64,000 nucleotides of DNA, taken from Planctomycetota bacterium. Lineage in GTDB: Bacteria; Planctomycetota; UBA8108; SXIK01. Shown one piece after another: positions 41,119 through 51,052 of this stretch (within the stretch, counting starts at the first letter, position 1; every line of letters begins with the position of its first letter). The stretch covers positions 7,264,001 to 7,328,000 of the forward strand of contig CBDCXR010000004.1 in NCBI GenBank assembly GCA_965223845.1. The letters run 5' to 3'. Under the pieces are notes generated by a model. The model saw only the letters and a list, made by a program, of their open reading frames with translations, searched no databases and was not told where the DNA came from. A program made the position numbers and the translations under genes.

Positions 41119-43155
41119 CTACTCGGGACTCGCGGCGCCCTCGCCACCGGTGTAGATCTCGCCGACGAGCTCCCCGAAGGTCGCGAAGTCGAGCGGCTGC
41201 GCGCCGTTCGCGGGCTCGCCATCGGCGTGAACGCGAAGCATCAAGCCGTCCGGGTGGAGCGCGCGGGCCGCGAGGGCGAGCTGGACGAGGACGTCCGGCC
41301 GGTCGGCCGCGTGCGACGGATCGACGAGCACCGGGAGAGGTGTCAGATCGCGAAGCGTCGCGAGCGACGCCAGATCGAGAGTGTGGCGCGTCGTCCCCTC
41401 GAACGTGCGGATTCCGCGTTCGCAGAGAATGATCTGCTGATTTCCCTGTTTGGCGATCGCCTCGGCGGCCTTGAGGAGCTCTTCGATCGTCGCCATCGGG
41501 CCGCGCTTCAGAATCACGGGCTTGTTGACCCTTCCCGCGGCGCGGAGGAGCGCGTAGTTCTGCATGTGACGTGCGCCGATGAGGACGATCGCGGCGTGCG
41601 TCGCGACGAGCGGAACGTCCTCCGGCGATACCGCCTCCGTCGCGACCGGGAGTCCGTACTGGCGCCCGGCTTCAGAGAGCCAGCGGAGGCGATCCTCGTC
41701 GAGCCCCGCTTCGTCGGCTGGCCGGTTCGGATCGAAACAGCCGCCGCGAAGAACGGTGGCGCCCGCTTCGCGGATCCGCCGCGCCGAGGAGTGGATCTGC
41801 TCTTCGGACGCGACGACCCCGGGTCCGGCGACGACGACGATGTTCCCGTCGCCGAAGCGGACGTTCTCCGCGGTGACCGTCATTTGACCGGGCCCGTGCC
41901 GACCGACGAGAGACACGCCGATCCGGCGCAGGCTCTCCGCCGCCGGACGGCGCTCGCGGGGAAGCTCGGGCGACTTGGCCCGAACTGCGGCGACGGCCGC
42001 CGGCCGCGGCTCGGTCTTGCCGCGCTCCTCCATCGGGTAGCTGCCCAGAATCTTGAGGAACGCCGTACTCGCGCGCAGCGTGCGGAGCGCTTCGGTGACA
42101 CGTTCCTCCACGCGGTTCCCCTCGAAGTCGATGTAGAAGAGATACTGAAACGGGACGCCGGGCCGGGGACGACTCTCGAGCTTCGTCAGGTTGAGCTTGT
42201 GACCGTGAAGGGTGTTGAGCGCGCTGAGGAGCGCTCCCTCCTCGTGCGGCGTCGCGAGGACGAGAGACGTCTTCGCCGGGATCCGCAAGTCGACCTCCCG
42301 CGGTTCGCGCGCCACGATCAAGAAGCGCGTGTAGTTGTCCCTCTGGTCGGCCAGTCCGCGCTTGAGGACCGTGAGCCCGTAGAGCCGCGCCGCCTCCTCG
42401 CTGGCGATCGCGGCCTGCGCGAGGTCGTTGTCCTCGCGCACTTTCTGAACGGCCATCGCCGTGTCGGTGTGGGGCTCGCTTTTGCAGTTCTCGAGACTGT
42501 TCAAGAAATTGAAGCACTGCGCGAGCGCCTGGGGATGCGAGAGAACGCGCCGGATGTTTGCGATCGGGATGTCGTCCACGGCGACGAGACAGTGATCGAC
42601 GCGAAAAATCTCCTCGCCGATGACGCTCAGCTCCGCCTTCACGAGCAGATCGTAGACTTCGTTGATGCTTCCCGCCGTCGTGTTCTCGACGGGAAGGATG
42701 CCGTAGTCCGACGCGCCCTGCTCCACCGCGGCGACGACCTGCGCGAAGGTCGGGTAGCCGGTGATGACGGTCGCCTCCTCGTCGCGCGAGAAGAACTTCT
42801 TCGCCGCGAGGTAGCTGTACGCGCCCGCGACGCCCTGGAACGCGACGCGCTTCATCGCCATCGGCTCGTCGGGATTCCCGCGGCTGAGGAGGAAGAGCTG
42901 CTGCGAGCGCACGGAGTCGTCGATGATGACGTGGAAGACGCTCTTGACGTAGTGCGCGTCGAGCCCGAGCTCGCGTCCGGCGGCGATCAATCGCTCGAGG
43001 AGTTCCTCCTCTCGCTTTGCGTCGCGAAGAGGGCGCTCGTTCTCGGCTTTCTCCTCTATGACGCGCTGCGAGAGCGCTCGCCGATCAGCGAGGCACTGGA
43101 GCAGCCGCGCGTCCGTCGCGTTGATGTCTTCTCGGAGTTTCTTCAGGTTGTCCAT
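41119..43155 (-). CDS. pheA: Chorismate mutase/prephenate dehydratase fused to a degenerate type I-beta DAHP synthase domain
   Basis: AroQ (LREDINATD...RDAKRE), PDT (VAFQGVAGAYS, PVENTTAGSI, SHPQALAQC, NYTRF), ACT (NLTKLESRP), DAHPS-like (IGARHMQN, LKRG, LCERGIRTF, VDPSH). Confidence 0.88.
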   Translation of the reverse strand: MDNLKKLREDINATDARLLQCLADRRALSQRVIEEKAENERPLRDAKREEELLERLIAAGRELGLDAHYVKSVFHVIIDDSVRSQQLFLLSRGNPDEPMAMKRVAFQGVAGAYSYLAAKKFFSRDEEATVITGYPTFAQVVAAVEQGASDYGILPVENTTAGSINEVYDLLVKAELSVIGEEIFRVDHCLVAVDDIPIANIRRVLSHPQALAQCFNFLNSLENCKSEPHTDTAMAVQKVREDNDLAQAAIASEEAARLYGLTVLKRGLADQRDNYTRFLIVAREPREVDLRIPAKTSLVLATPHEEGALLSALNTLHGHKLNLTKLESRPRPGVPFQYLFYIDFEGNRVEERVTEALRTLRASTAFLKILGSYPMEERGKTEPRPAAVAAVRAKSPELPRERRPAAESLRRIGVSLVGRHGPGQMTVTAENVRFGDGNIVVVAGPGVVASEEQIHSSARRIREAGATVLRGGCFDPNRPADEAGLDEDRLRWLSEAGRQYGLPVATEAVSPEDVPLVATHAAIVLIGARHMQNYALLRAAGRVNKPVILKRGPMATIEELLKAAEAIAKQGNQQIILCERGIRTFEGTTRHTLDLASLATLRDLTPLPVLVDPSHAADRPDVLVQLALAARALHPDGLMLRVHADGEPANGAQPLDFATFGELVGEIYTGGEGAASPE

Positions 43156-43348
43156 GTCTCTCGACCTCGCGGGTCGGAGTCGAACTCGTTCAAGTGCGAA
43201 ACGGGTGCGGGAGCGCTCGCCGCACGGGCAGCGCCAGAGGAGGAACCGCCGGCGACGTCCCGATTCGATTGCGCGCGACTGTTTTCGGAACTTCGCCGAG
43301 CGAGCCCGGTCGCCCGCGGCCGCTACCCGTGGGCCGCCGAACGAGCCG

Positions 43349-44392
43349 CTACGTCACTTCCGTCGTCCAGCCGAACGGATCGTCCCGCGCTCCCGTCTGG
43401 ATGCCTCGGAGATTCTCGAGCAGAGCTTGACTCGTGCTCTCCGCCGGAAAGGCGACGGTACGGTCACCGTAGTCGATTTCCCGCACGCGCTGGATCGTCC
43501 ATGCCGTGCCGGCGCAGAAAACCTCTTCGCCGTCGTCGAGGACTTCGTCGATGGGGAGATTCCGCTCCTCCACCTTGAGTCCGAGTATCTCGCGCGCGAC
43601 CGTGATCGTCGATTCCCGCGTGATCCCCGGCAGGATCTGATCGTCGAGCGGCGGCGTCACGACGACACCGTCTTTCCGTTTCACGAAGAAGTTCGATCCG
43701 CTCGTCTCGGTGACGTGCTTGAGGTGGTGCGCGTCGAGGTAGAGAACGTCATCGTAGCCGCGTTCGCGCCACTTCGAGGCGACGTAGATTCCGCCGGCGT
43801 AGTTCCCCATCGCCTTTGAGTATCCCGTCCCGCCCGGGGCGACGCGTCCCTGCTCGAGTACACGCAGGCGCACGCCGTTGTCGGCGCCGCCGGAGAAGTA
43901 CGAGCCGACGGGGCTCACGAACATGTGGACGGCAAACCGCGTGCACGGTCCGAGCCCGAGCTTCGGCTCGACGGCGTGCTCGACCGGCCGGATGTAGAGG
44001 GAGCCCTTACCCGCGGGCGGCACGAACCGGAGGTTGCGCCGGACGAGTTCGACGCACGCATCGACGAACTGGTCGACCGGAAACGGCGCCATCGTGAGCC
44101 GTTCGGCCGAGCGCTGGAGTCGCTCGCCGTTCTGCCGGACCCGAAAGAGGAGGACCCGACCGTCCGAGCTGCGCTGCGCCTTGAGACCTTCGAACACACC
44201 GAGCCCGTACGACATGAACGCCGCCGCCGGGCTCACCGAAATGTCGCCGAAGGGAACGTACTCGCCGTCGTCCCAGACCGGGTCGCGAGTCGTATCGCCG
44301 AACGAGCGATACATCACGTCGGTTGGGGTGAGCGAAAAATCGAGTTCGTCCCAGTCGGGCAGAGGGCGTTGGCCATCCTCGGTCGGTGTCAT
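43349..44392 (-). CDS. ilvE: Branched-chain amino acid aminotransferase
   Basis: YGLGVFEGLKA, SLYIRP, GTGYSKAMGNY, ETSGSNFF, ILPGITR, EVFCAGTA. Confidence 0.92.
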   Translation of the reverse strand: MTPTEDGQRPLPDWDELDFSLTPTDVMYRSFGDTTRDPVWDDGEYVPFGDISVSPAAAFMSYGLGVFEGLKAQRSSDGRVLLFRVRQNGERLQRSAERLTMAPFPVDQFVDACVELVRRNLRFVPPAGKGSLYIRPVEHAVEPKLGLGPCTRFAVHMFVSPVGSYFSGGADNGVRLRVLEQGRVAPGGTGYSKAMGNYAGGIYVASKWRERGYDDVLYLDAHHLKHVTETSGSNFFVKRKDGVVVTPPLDDQILPGITRESTITVAREILGLKVEERNLPIDEVLDDGEEVFCAGTAWTIQRVREIDYGDRTVAFPAESTSQALLENLRGIQTGARDDPFGWTTEVT

Positions 44393-44556
44393 GCGTCTCG
44401 GAACTCCGGAGGTGAAAAAAGCGCGACCGTGCATTATAAGCCACGCGTGGGGAGTAGAAAGGTCCAATGCAGCGGCGCGCGGTCTCGCGATCGCGACGCA
44501 GGAGGAGTGCGCGGATCGGGCGGCGGGGACCGCGGGAGCAGGCTATGGAGGTCATC

Positions 44557-45285
44557 ATGAGTGGCAAGCGCCGGGTCCGACTCACGCGGATTTTTCTCTT
44601 CACGTTTCTCGGCATGCTTTCGCTCTGCGCGGCGTTCGGGATCATCGCCGCGATGGCGGGCGAGTTCGACGAGACGGTGGGGCGACTCTTTCTCTTCTCG
44701 ACCGCCGCGGCCTACTACAGTCTGCTCGGTCTCGGGTGCGCGACGCTCCTCGAGCGCAGCCGCGGCGCCGTCCTCGCCTACGCCGGAATCGCCACCGCGG
44801 CCGTGACGTTCGCGCTCGCCTCCGTGATGATTTGGCACGAGGATGCGGACAGCGAGACCATGTGGCGAACGTTCGGGGTGCTGAACTGCTGGTCGCTCGC
44901 GCTCGCGCTCGTCAGCCTGATCGCGCTCGCGCGGGTCGAGCGGAAGTACCTCTTCGCGCCGGTCGCGACGGCGCTCCTCGCCTTCGTGCTCGCGGGACTG
45001 ATCTCCGCTCTCATCATGTTCGGCTCGGATCCGAGCGAAGGACTCATGCGCGCGATGGTGGTCGTTTCGATTCTCGTCGTGCTCGGCACGATTTCGACGC
45101 CGGTTCTCCACCGGATCTCCGCGCTCGAGCCGGAGCTCGCCGAAGCGATCGGCGAGACCGTCGAGCTCTTCTGTCCGCGGTGCCGGCGGCGACAGACGCT
45201 CCTTCTCGGCGCGGATCATTGTCACCGCTGCGGGCTCGAGATCGGGGTGACGATCGCCACCGTTGAGACCGCGAAGCATGTCTGA
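44557..45285 (+). CDS. Multi-pass membrane protein with C-terminal zinc ribbon
   Basis: About six hydrophobic segments, then CPRC...CHRC; GGAGG RBS before ATG 44557. Confidence 0.7.
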   Translation: MSGKRRVRLTRIFLFTFLGMLSLCAAFGIIAAMAGEFDETVGRLFLFSTAAAYYSLLGLGCATLLERSRGAVLAYAGIATAAVTFALASVMIWHEDADSETMWRTFGVLNCWSLALALVSLIALARVERKYLFAPVATALLAFVLAGLISALIMFGSDPSEGLMRAMVVVSILVVLGTISTPVLHRISALEPELAEAIGETVELFCPRCRRRQTLLLGADHCHRCGLEIGVTIATVETAKHV

Positions 45286-46555
45286 GCCGCTCGACGACGT
45301 CGCGGGCGCAGCGAGCGAGGTCGATCCGTCTGCGGCTCGCGCCCCGAGGAGTTGGAAGTCGATCGCCGGACGAGTCGCCGCCCCGTTCGCACGAATCGGA
45401 GGCGCGCTCATTCACCCGATCGCACACCGGATCCCGACGCTCGACCGCTACGTGCTTCGCCGATTCTTCGGAATCTACTTTGCGAACCTGATCTCGTTCT
45501 CGCTCCTCTACGTCGTCATCGATCTCGTCAACAACATCGACAACTTCTACGACTCGACCGACGGCTTCGGGGAGCTCGCTGCGGCGTGCTTCGGCTACTA
45601 CTACTCGATGGTGCCGGTGATCTACTGCCAGATCCTCGGCCCCGTCGTCTGCGTGGCCGCCGCGCTCTTTACGGTGACGCTCTTCCAGCGCTCGAATGAA
45701 TTCGTGCCGATCCTCGCGACGGGTCGCAGCTACCAGCGCGCGCTCTTCGCGATCGTCGTCGCCTCGGCGGGACTCTCCGTCGTCGTCTTTCTCGTGCAGG
45801 AAATCTGGATCCCGTTCACGGTCGAGCAGATCCACGCCTCGATGCAAAAGCGCGGTGAGCGCGCGACGTTTCGCGATCTGAAGTACCACGACTCCGAGCG
45901 GGGCATGCTGATCATCCTCCGTCAGTACGATCGGTTCGAACGCCGCGCCGAGGGTGTCCTCGTGCTCCCGGTCGGCAGCCGCGGCGGCACGCAGCGCCAC
46001 ATCGATGCACGCTCGATGCAGTGGCAGGAGCCCGAGGGGCGCGATCCGTACTGGCGGATGCGCGATGCGCGCATCCAGGAGTACGACTCCGAAGGAACTC
46101 TCGTCATTCGGAACGACGACGACTGGGAGGGCGTGCCACGGCTCGATGAGCTCCTTCCTTACTACGAGCTCGAGACGACGATGGCGCCCGAAGATCTCGA
46201 GCTCGGACAGGAAGAAGCCGTCTACATGACGATGTCCGCGCTGCGAAAGCGCGTCGAAGATGCGCAGGATGATCAGAGCCGCTGGGTCGTCAAGTACATG
46301 GCGCGGTTCAGCACCCCGCTCGTCAATTTGATTCTCGTTCTCCTCGGTCTCCCCATCGTCGTTCTCTTCGGCAATCGAAACGTCTTCGTCGGCGCTCTTC
46401 TCGCCGTCGGTGTGTCCGCGGTGTACTTCTTCTTCCATTCGATCTTCCAAGAGTTCGGGGTGCGAGGCCACGTGCCGGCGCGCTTCGGCGCCTGGGTGGG
46501 TCCGGCGCTCTTTCTCGCGCTCGGGGCGACTCTCTACCGCGAGATGCGGAGCTGA
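45278..46555 (+). CDS. LptF/LptG-family permease
   Basis: TLDRYVLRRF, RSNEFVPILATGRS, periplasmic domain, RFSTPLVNLILVLLGLP, AWVGP. Confidence 0.85.
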   Translation: MSEPLDDVAGAASEVDPSAARAPRSWKSIAGRVAAPFARIGGALIHPIAHRIPTLDRYVLRRFFGIYFANLISFSLLYVVIDLVNNIDNFYDSTDGFGELAAACFGYYYSMVPVIYCQILGPVVCVAAALFTVTLFQRSNEFVPILATGRSYQRALFAIVVASAGLSVVVFLVQEIWIPFTVEQIHASMQKRGERATFRDLKYHDSERGMLIILRQYDRFERRAEGVLVLPVGSRGGTQRHIDARSMQWQEPEGRDPYWRMRDARIQEYDSEGTLVIRNDDDWEGVPRLDELLPYYELETTMAPEDLELGQEEAVYMTMSALRKRVEDAQDDQSRWVVKYMARFSTPLVNLILVLLGLPIVVLFGNRNVFVGALLAVGVSAVYFFFHSIFQEFGVRGHVPARFGAWVGPALFLALGATLYREMRS

Positions 46556-46558
46556 CGG

Positions 46559-47419
46559 ATGAGCAGGACCGACCCACTCGCGGGGTCACGCATCGCGATT
46601 ACGCGGAGCCGCGAGCAGAACGCCGAGCTGCGCGCACTGCTCGTTGCGCGCGGAGCGGACGTCGTCTCGGTGCCGACCGTGCGCTTCGTCCCGCAGCCGC
46701 TCAGCGAAGAGCTAGCCGAGGTGCTCGCCCACCCGAACGAGTTCACGCACGTCGCATTCACGAGTCGAAACGGCGTCGTTTACTTCGGAAGGCTCCTCGA
46801 TGCGGCGGGCGTCGACGTGAGGGACTGGGCGGGGTGTACGTTCGCGGCCGTCGGGCCGTCGACGGCGGCCGCGTGCGTCGACCACGGGTGGAAACCGGCG
46901 ATCGTCTCCGAAGGCGGAGGCGAGGCGCTCGCGCAGGAGCTCCTCGACGCCGGACTCTCATCGACCGGTCGAGTGCTTCTCCCGCAATCGCGCATCGCGC
47001 GCTCGGAGCTCGAGTCGACGCTCGCTGCGGGCGGCATCGCGGTGCGATCCGTGACGGTCTACGATACGCGCGAAGAGACGCCGGAGTGCGCGGCGCGACT
47101 CCTCACTCTCCTTGCCGAAGGTAATCCGCCGGAAGGAGTCGTCTTTGCGAGTCCATCGGCCGTTCGCGCGTGGATGAGCTTGACCGGAACGGCGGGACGC
47201 GAGCTTCTTCTCCGAAGTGAAACGCTCGTCGTCTCGATCGGCGGGACGACGACGGCCGCGCTGGCCGAACGCGGGATCACGGATGCGATCGAGGCCGAGC
47301 GGCCGTCGGTCGACGGGCTCATCGCGGCGCTCTCGCTCGGAATCCGCGCGCAGACGAAGAACGAGAGATTCACCTCGAAGGACACGAAGGGGGGAGATCG
47401 GACGGACGGACGGAGTTGA
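46559..47419 (+). CDS. hemD: Uroporphyrinogen-III synthase
   Basis: LAGSRIAITRSREQ, FTSRNGV, AAVGPSTA, VYDT, FASPSAV, SIGGTT. Confidence 0.9.
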   Translation: MSRTDPLAGSRIAITRSREQNAELRALLVARGADVVSVPTVRFVPQPLSEELAEVLAHPNEFTHVAFTSRNGVVYFGRLLDAAGVDVRDWAGCTFAAVGPSTAAACVDHGWKPAIVSEGGGEALAQELLDAGLSSTGRVLLPQSRIARSELESTLAAGGIAVRSVTVYDTREETPECAARLLTLLAEGNPPEGVVFASPSAVRAWMSLTGTAGRELLLRSETLVVSIGGTTTAALAERGITDAIEAERPSVDGLIAALSLGIRAQTKNERFTSKDTKGGDRTDGRS

Positions 47420-47455
47420 GGTGCGCCGGGGAACTCTCGTTCGAGCGGTTCCCCG

Positions 47456-48628
47456 CTATTCGAGCTCGAGCTCCGATTGGGTCGGACAGAGCGAGTAGAC
47501 CACGCGGAACCCAGTGTTTGCCGCAGCGGCAGTTGGGGTCCCGGTATCCCGCATCGCAGAACGTCCCAATGCGAGCGGGAACAAGGTCGCTTCTCCACGT
47601 CGGATCTTCTTTGATCCCTTCGCGGGTCCTCGTGGATCTACGGTGACCGTGTCCGGACCGGGATACGGTGCATACCAATCCGCACACCACTCCCACACGA
47701 GATCGTGCATGTTGTGAAGTCCCCAGTCGTTCGGCGGGTGGAATCCGACACTGATCGGTCTCGCGCCCCAGCGAGGATCCTCCGAGCACCACCAGTGTAC
47801 GTATCGCGACGCGAGTTTTCCAGCGTCGCTTCGACACTGGGGGTTCGAGCCGTCCTCCTCGAGGACATCGCCGAACCAAAACTGCGTTGTCGTTCCGGCG
47901 CGACAAGCGTACTCCCACTCGGCTTCGGTCGGCAGGCGGTAGAACCGACCCTCCCGTTTCGACAGCTCCCGGCAGAATCGTTGGGTGTCGTGCCAGGAGA
48001 CTTGCTCCACGGGCCGGTTGAGATTGATGCCCGCGCGCTCGCCATTGTGGAAGCTCGGATTCTCCCCCATCACATCGAGGTACGCCGCCTGCGTCACCGG
48101 AACCTCGCTCATGAAGAAACCGCACGTGAGGACGACCGTGTGCAGTCGTTCGTCTTCTTGGCGCCCCGGTTCCGTTTCAGGCGATCCCATTTCGAACGTC
48201 CCGGGCGGGATGTACACCATGTTGAGTCCGATCGAGTTCTCGAAATCGAGCGGAACGTCGCAGGGCGACCGTTGGCAGTCGAGTGGATCGGGGGTGCGGT
48301 CAAAACCGCATATCGTCGGGGGCGGGATCTTTATTCCACCGACGAAGAGGAAGTTCAGCAGGAAGATCGCATCGGTGATCTGTAAAGCGCCGTTGTCGTC
48401 GACATCCGCTGCGTCCAGGCAGTCGAGTGGACCGCCGCCGTCGAAGAGAACTTCGAGTAAGAGGACGACATCCGCCAGATCGTGCTGGTCGTGGGAACCG
48501 TCGACATCGCCTCGAGAAAACGTGTGGACGTCCGACCCTCCGACGCCATCGAGATCACCTGCGATTGTGGGCGCACAGAAAGAGGCGACTAAAGCTAGCG
48601 GACAGATTCGGATTGCGACGTTCGCCAT
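47456..48628 (-). CDS. Secreted dockerin-like + FGE-sulfatase (C-type-lectin fold) domain protein
   Basis: Signal peptide; FSRGDVDG...CLDAADVDDNGALQITDAIFLLNFLF...CGFDRTPDPLDC; NSIGLNMVYIPPGTFEMGS, RLPTEAEWEYACRAGT, NDWGLHNMH..VWEWCADWY, GFRV. Confidence 0.85.
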   Translation of the reverse strand: MANVAIRICPLALVASFCAPTIAGDLDGVGGSDVHTFSRGDVDGSHDQHDLADVVLLLEVLFDGGGPLDCLDAADVDDNGALQITDAIFLLNFLFVGGIKIPPPTICGFDRTPDPLDCQRSPCDVPLDFENSIGLNMVYIPPGTFEMGSPETEPGRQEDERLHTVVLTCGFFMSEVPVTQAAYLDVMGENPSFHNGERAGINLNRPVEQVSWHDTQRFCRELSKREGRFYRLPTEAEWEYACRAGTTTQFWFGDVLEEDGSNPQCRSDAGKLASRYVHWWCSEDPRWGARPISVGFHPPNDWGLHNMHDLVWEWCADWYAPYPGPDTVTVDPRGPAKGSKKIRRGEATLFPLALGRSAMRDTGTPTAAAANTGFRVVYSLCPTQSELELE

Positions 48629-48721
48629 CTCGAAACCTCCTCCCGGCGACAGCACATCAGAACCAACTTTAACCTCTTAGCGCGAAAAATGGGATTCTCG
48701 GACCCCAGTGCCGAGAGGGTG

Positions 48722-49546
48722 TTATTCGTGTGCGTCCTGAACGAGATCGAGCGTACCTAGAATTAACCGATCTCGAGCTATGCTCCGCAATTCGGCAAAA
48801 CGGTGAAACTCTGGATGTTCGTCAAAGGGAAGACGGAAAACTCGTTTCAGTCCAGATTCAAGCACTTGAACGTGAACGGCCACCGCCTCGTCGCTGCCGG
48901 ACTCCGCGGGTGGCGAATGGGTATCGGGCGGCAATTCGACGAATTCACCGGCTGCGGTCGCCAAACCTACCTGATCGTGAATGTACAACTGTTCTTCCTG
49001 GTTCACCAGGGCGACGTTCGCTTTGAAGAGGCTGAAGAGTAGTCGCACCTGGTCGAGTACGTGTCTTGGCAGCGATTCAGGGTCGCCGGAAATCTCGCGG
49101 TCCCGCCATGACCCCAAGAAGTCTACAAATTCCTCCTGAGCCGTTCCGCTCGGTGAGAATCCATTCGCCAAATCGCGAGTTTCTGGATTCATCGCTAATA
49201 GCGCCGAGTCCGACTCCATCGTCGCAGGTGTTGAAGACGGACTCCAACTCGATTCGCTAAGTTGTGCTAGTAGGTCTTCGTATCGCTCGCGCAGATCGAC
49301 GATGAGCGCCGGTACTGAGTCGAGAGCAGCGAGAGTGGCCTCCCGTTGTGTCTCATTCTCGCCAGCAAGGAGGTCGAGTGCCTTCAGGCGCCTTTCAATC
49401 GCTGCACAGCGTACGTTCAATGCGTCCTGATCGGAGACGATGACACCGTAGTTGTACCGAGGTGCACCGAGAAGGCCCACTCCGATCAAGCCCAGCAATG
49501 CGATTGCTACAATGTTGAGTATGAGAAAAGTGGTTCTGTCATTCAT
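48722..49546 (-). CDS. Hypothetical membrane-anchored protein
   Basis: N-terminal TM segment and coiled-coil-like region; co-oriented with its neighbours in the lower-GC islet. Confidence 0.6.
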   Translation of the reverse strand: MNDRTTFLILNIVAIALLGLIGVGLLGAPRYNYGVIVSDQDALNVRCAAIERRLKALDLLAGENETQREATLAALDSVPALIVDLRERYEDLLAQLSESSWSPSSTPATMESDSALLAMNPETRDLANGFSPSGTAQEEFVDFLGSWRDREISGDPESLPRHVLDQVRLLFSLFKANVALVNQEEQLYIHDQVGLATAAGEFVELPPDTHSPPAESGSDEAVAVHVQVLESGLKRVFRLPFDEHPEFHRFAELRSIARDRLILGTLDLVQDAHE

Positions 49547-49577
49547 CTGGAGGTAGTGTCGCGACTCGGTCGCTGGA

Positions 49578-50069
49578 TCACAAGCCGTTACAGATAGCGG
49601 CTGCGTCGATCAGAAAGTTTGCACCAGCTCCCATTGTGCAGTTATTGCAATTTGTCGGATGCGGATGCAGCCTTATTCTCATAGTGACGCCGTCTTCCCA
49701 GCATCCGAGTGTCCGCGAGACGTTCGCAGCCGACACGGATCCGATCGCCCCGGCACTCACTCTGCTGAAACACTGTTCGTTGGCGCAAATCCCTTCCCAC
49801 TCGGGATCGCAGCCGGCGATAGTGTTTTCTACTGTCGCGGTTACGGTGATCTCGCACGCGCTTGTGCTGGGTACGATTGAGCAATTCGATGGAAATACTT
49901 TTCCGGTGCCGCCATCTGAGCAGGAATTACAGGCGATCGACGCGTCGTAAGCGCTGTCGCCCCCGAGTGTGCAGCTGGTGGCGTTTACGAGCGGAATTCC
50001 AGAAGGCATGACAAGATATAGCAACGGGAGCGCTGCCAATACGATGGTATTCGGGGTCAATGGCCGCAT
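49578..50069 (-). CDS. Small Cys-rich secreted protein (12 Cys)
   Basis: AGAAGGAG RBS before ATG 50069; signal-like MRPLTPNTIVLAALPLLYLV; 12 Cys in the mature region. Confidence 0.6.
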   Translation of the reverse strand: MRPLTPNTIVLAALPLLYLVMPSGIPLVNATSCTLGGDSAYDASIACNSCSDGGTGKVFPSNCSIVPSTSACEITVTATVENTIAGCDPEWEGICANEQCFSRVSAGAIGSVSAANVSRTLGCWEDGVTMRIRLHPHPTNCNNCTMGAGANFLIDAAAICNGL

Positions 50070-50488
50070 GCTCTGGCTCCTTCTCGATCGGCTGGTAGAA
50101 GCGATCGGCGATTCCGACGTAGGTCGTCGATCGGTCGCCAACAACACGCTCTACCCCTATAGAGCAGCGAGATCGTCCAATCTCCCGAGAGAATGTCCGG
50201 GATTGTCGGCTTCTCGTGCGGGCTCTCCTTGAGCTTTCGTGGGGATCAAGGCGAAGCCATCCCCCAAGGTGGGTCGCCGGAGTGTCTTACGTGCTGACGC
50301 CGGCATCACTGAAGATCCTGTCGCCCACCCGCCTCGTGGTGACTCCAAAGCTCGTCTGGATACAAGGAGCATAGGGGCAGTGCGGTAGCGTGGCCGACCT
50401 ATGATTTCGACGTGGGCCCACACGAAACCGGGGAGCGCAGGTGGCCCTACCAATCGTAGACCGGACTTGCGGATTCGCGCCGATCTCA

Positions 50489-51052
50489 CTACCGGAGACC
50501 TCGGTTGGTCTGATTCGCCACGCGATGGAACGGCGAGGGAAGTTCGGTAGTTTGGAATCCCCGAGACAGAGCCCGACGAAGTCGATAGAGCCGTCGGGAC
50601 AACTGCGGACCGGTGATCTCGTACTCGGAGAGCAGGAATCTACGATCGCGACCCTCGATGTAGACACGCCGAAAGAGTGTCCATTGCGGAACGGAAAGCT
50701 GTGAGCACGCCGCGGCGAGACATTCAATCGCGTCGATGGGAAACTCGTTTGTCCCCGATTGCGAGGTGGTCGGCAGCAACTCAGACAGCGAGATGAATCG
50801 TTCCGAACGGTGGCGGTCTCGACAGACGAGTCGAATCGCTGTGGTCCTTAAGTAGCCCCGCACGCTTCTCCGATTCATGAGCGGGCAGCCTACCTCGAAA
50901 AACCGCGACGCAGCGTCTTCGGCGAGCGTCTCGCCGTCTATCCAGAGCGGAAGGTGGAGCCGGCCAACAATGTCGCGGGCGATTGTGTAAAGTTCCTTCC
51001 ACGCGTCCCTGTCCCTCTCCCGGAGCAGAGTCATCCAATCAGATTGAGTCAC
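50489..51052 (-). CDS. ECF-type sigma70 factor (divergent)
   Basis: RDRDAWKELY, LAEDAA, SVRGYLRTTAIRL (region 2); QLSVPQWTLFRRVYIEG...LSRRLYRLRRAL (region 4). Confidence 0.65.
   Translation of the reverse strand: MTQSDWMTLLRERDRDAWKELYTIARDIVGRLHLPLWIDGETLAEDAASRFFEVGCPLMNRRSVRGYLRTTAIRLVCRDRHRSERFISLSELLPTTSQSGTNEFPIDAIECLAAACSQLSVPQWTLFRRVYIEGRDRRFLLSEYEITGPQLSRRLYRLRRALSRGFQTTELPSPFHRVANQTNRGLR

Noticed and set aside
47456-47620. DGR variable region in the FGE/C-type-lectin-fold protein
   Set aside because: No template repeat or reverse transcriptase was seen, and many codons at the variable positions end in A/G rather than the NNY pattern expected from AAY templates. A remote DGR cannot be fully excluded.
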